The notes under the pieces were generated by a model. It was not told the DNA's origin. It saw nothing but the letters and a program-made list of their open reading frames with translations, and ran no database searches. DNA of 21,226 bases from Neophaeotheca triangularis. Its lineage: Eukaryota. Location of the stretch: assembly GCA_054600435.1 (NCBI GenBank), contig BAAIJX010000073.1, positions 62,001-83,226 of the forward strand, in the 5' to 3' direction. The translations under genes and the position numbers were made by a program. Shown here in pieces: positions 18,451 to 21,226 of the stretch (position 1 is its first letter; the number at the start of each line of letters is the position of its first letter).

Positions 18451-21106
18451 GATAAGTAGGCGCTACGCTGACGGAGCGCCTATGGGCTGTCGTAAAGATA
18501 TGCGATCGAACCTGCGACGGGCTACGTTTCGAGGCCCGCGGGCTTATCGACACGGGAGCGCATTACAATGTCATCTCGGAAGACATCGCGGTCCGGTATA
18601 ACCTGCCGATAAAGGGCGACCGGATTCGTAGGCTACGAGCCTTCGGCGACGTCGAAGCCCCGATAGTAGGCCGATGTCGACTCTATACTGAAGTCGCTAA
18701 TTTAGACGGTATGGTTCAGACTATTCTGCAAATGTTCGAAGTAGTGAACTAGAAGGATTACGAAATGATTCTTGGAATGCCTTAGATCCGATCCGTAAAA
18801 GCACAGCTTGATTTCGCGTCGCCGCTAGTGTAGTGGCGCTATAGCGGCGTGTATAACAAAGAAGAAGTTGAAATCATCGAGGCCGAAGAACTAGCCTAAG
18901 ATATTGACGGTGGAGCACCTATCCTCGCCGTCAGCGCAGAAGACCTACGCGGGGCCCCGGCGGAGCTATAGGTGCCTAAGTGGTTAGCGGAGTACGCCGA
19001 GGTGTTTAAATCGGAGAAGGCGAAAGAGTTACCTCCGCATATGCTTCATGACCACTATGTCGAACTGGTCGAGGGAAAACAACCTCCTAGTAGACTAATC
19101 TACCCATGTTCCGAGCCGGAGCTCGAGGAAATGTAGTCGTAGATTAATAACCTGCTCGCGACGGACCGCATCGAGCCTAGTACTAGCCCTGCCAGCGCAC
19201 CGTTACTGTTCGTTAAGAAGAAAAACGGCAAACTCTACATGTGCGTCGATTACCGAGGCTTGAACGAAATCACTATTAAGAACAAGCATCCTTTACCGCT
19301 TATTGGTGAACTCTTAGATAGGGTCCGCGGATCAACGTGGTTTTCGAAAATCGACCTAGTCGAAGCATACTACCGTTTACGCATCGCCTAGGGCGACGAG
19401 TGGAAGACGGCGTTCCGCTATTAGTACGGCCATTTCCAATACAAGGTCATGCCTTTTAGACTCGCTAACGTACCGGCGTCGTTTCAGGCCTTTATCAATA
19501 AGGTACTTATAGAGCTAGTTAACCACTACTACGTGGTATACATGGATGACGTTCTCATCTATTCCCGCACCGAAGTAGAACATCGCGAACACGTTCGAGC
19601 GGTCTACTATCGGCTCGCCGACGCCGAGCTGTATGCTAGTCTCGAGAAATGCGAATTCATGGTCCGAGAGATTAGATTCCTCGGTTTCGTCATTAACTCC
19701 ACTAGAGTAGCGATAGAGCCCCCATGGGTAGCCGCAGTCTAAGATTAGCTGATACTAAAGTCCTTAAAAGAACTCTAAGTGTTCCTAGGATTCGCGAATT
19801 TCTATCGTCGCTTTATCGAGGGATATACAAAGATCACCGCTCCCCTTACAGACCGCCTATAGCACAGCGGCGGTGAATGGTAGCCACTAAGTGAAGATGC
19901 CCAAAAATCCTTTGAAAGGTTAAAGCACAGCTTCATTTCAGCACTAGTGCTACGGCACTTTAACGCTACGCTAGAGACCCGCCTTGAGACCGATACATCA
20001 GGATACGCATTAGGAGGCATCCTCGCGTAGAAGCACTCGGACACGCTATAGTATCCGGTCGTATATTACTCTAAGAAGCTTAAAGGGCTAGAGTTACGAT
20101 ATCTAGTGCACGATCAGGAACTACTCGCCATCGTCGAGGCGACGCGCTAGTGGCGGCACTACATATTGTCGGCTAAGAGTAAAGTTCAGGTGCTTACAGA
20201 TCACAACAATCTAAAGTACTTCCTATCGACAAAGAAATTGTCGGGCCGCTAAGCGCGCGCTGCGGAAGAGCTGTCGCAATACGACATCGAGATTACATAC
20301 CGTGAAGGTAAATCAAACCCCGGAGCAGACGGGCTCTCGCGCCGTCCTAACATGGAGGCCGATAGAGAATTAAGTGGGGCGGAAATGCTACCTACATTGA
20401 CTAGGCTTTTCGCTCCCCTAGCGGGCCCCTATAAGGCCGCCGAAGTTCCGGCGAGTAGCCACACGATGGCCGCCGAAGATAGAGCAGAGATCCTGTCTAT
20501 GTCGCCGGGGTACGTAGCACCGGTAAACCACCGGGCGTTAGCCGCCTCGCTAGCGGGCTACACGGTGGCTGCCGGAGACACCGGTCCTCTAAACAATAAG
20601 CTTTAGAGTAATGATACTGTACACACTAAGCGAAAGCTCTAAGGGGGAGGTAAACCAAACCTGACTAGCTCCGTCGCTATAGTAGCGCCGACCTATCATG
20701 ACCCTATAGGTAAGTAGCTAGGTATACTCGCTATCACTAAGCTAGACATTAGAGAGCCTAACGTGGCGGTGGACCGAATCGACCTTAGAGCGGATGTGTT
20801 GCGCGTATAGTAGGGAGACCCCTTTGCTAAACGCATTCGTAAAGAGATCGACGAGGGACAGCACTATAGAGATGCTAACGGCGCCGCGCCTACGTGGTCG
20901 GTTAGTTTTATGGGACTTCTTAAGATTAATGGAAAGGTGTATATGCCGCCGGTAGAAAGCCTACAGGCCGCCGTGCTAAGCTACTGCCACGAGGACCTAT
21001 TAGTGGGACACCCGGGGGTAGGGAAGACTAAAGCCGTTTTCCACAAGGAGTTTTGGTGGTCTAAGTGGACTAAGGATGTCGAAGAGTATGTCCTTAGGTG
21101 TGACAA
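18399..21106 (+). pseudogene. pol: pol remnant (protease, RT, RNase H, integrase N-terminal zinc-binding domain), truncated
   Basis: LIDTGAHYNVIS (DTG 18549-18557), VVYMDDVLIYS (YMDD 19539-19550), LETDTSGYALGG, ADGLSRRP, and CHEDLLVGHPG...DVEEYVLRCDK ending at the telomere; motifs checked fall in one frame, with many nonsense codons. Confidence 0.95.
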
Positions 21107-21226
21107 AGGGTTAGGGTTAGGGTTAGGGTTAGGGTTAGGGTTAGGGTTAGGGTTAGGGTTAGGGTTAGGGTTAGGGTTAGGGTTAGGGTTAGGGTTAGGG
21201 TTAGGGTTAGGGTTAGGGTTAGGGTT
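21107..21226 (+). repeat. Telomeric repeat tract (TTAGGG)n
   Basis: AGGG + 19 perfect TTAGGG + TT to the window end, with the G-rich strand running 5'->3' toward the end. Confidence 0.98.

Larger units (their letters stand above)
16985..21106 (+). mobile_element. Ty3/Gypsy LTR retrotransposon, RIP-inactivated, nested in the minus-strand element and 3'-truncated by the telomere
   Basis: 5' LTR, PBS-like site, gag with CCHC knuckle, then pol with protease, RT, RNase H and the start of integrase. Confidence 0.95.

Noticed and set aside
21107..21226. CRISPR-like or other spacer array
   Set aside because: Pure 6-bp tandem repeat without spacers in a eukaryotic context.

Overview
Right-hand end of a filamentous ascomycete (Pezizomycotina-type) chromosome; taxon inferred from short fungal introns, RIP-type mutation and (TTAGGG)n. 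The first 11.4 kb is a gene-containing subtelomeric segment: one intact conserved hypothetical gene, a decayed Cys-rich gene (Y3-like domain from recollection), a secreted CocE/NonD hydrolase with one in-frame TAG, an AT-rich relic with an LTR fragment, an 8-exon micro-exon gene for a defensin-like secreted peptide that the ORF track misses, a small secreted Cys-rich gene with a GC-AG intron, a Cys-rich protein with a hydrophobic tail, and a gene with a premature stop that is cut off by the TE block. From 11.4 to 21.1 kb is a nested, RIP-mutated TE block: old relics, a minus-strand Ty3/Gypsy chromovirus carrying an antisense Zn(II)2Cys6-like ORF, and a younger plus-strand Ty3/Gypsy element inserted into it. 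The younger element is cut inside its integrase zinc-binding motif and capped directly by telomere repeats. All alignments and gene models were made by eye; no database searches were run.
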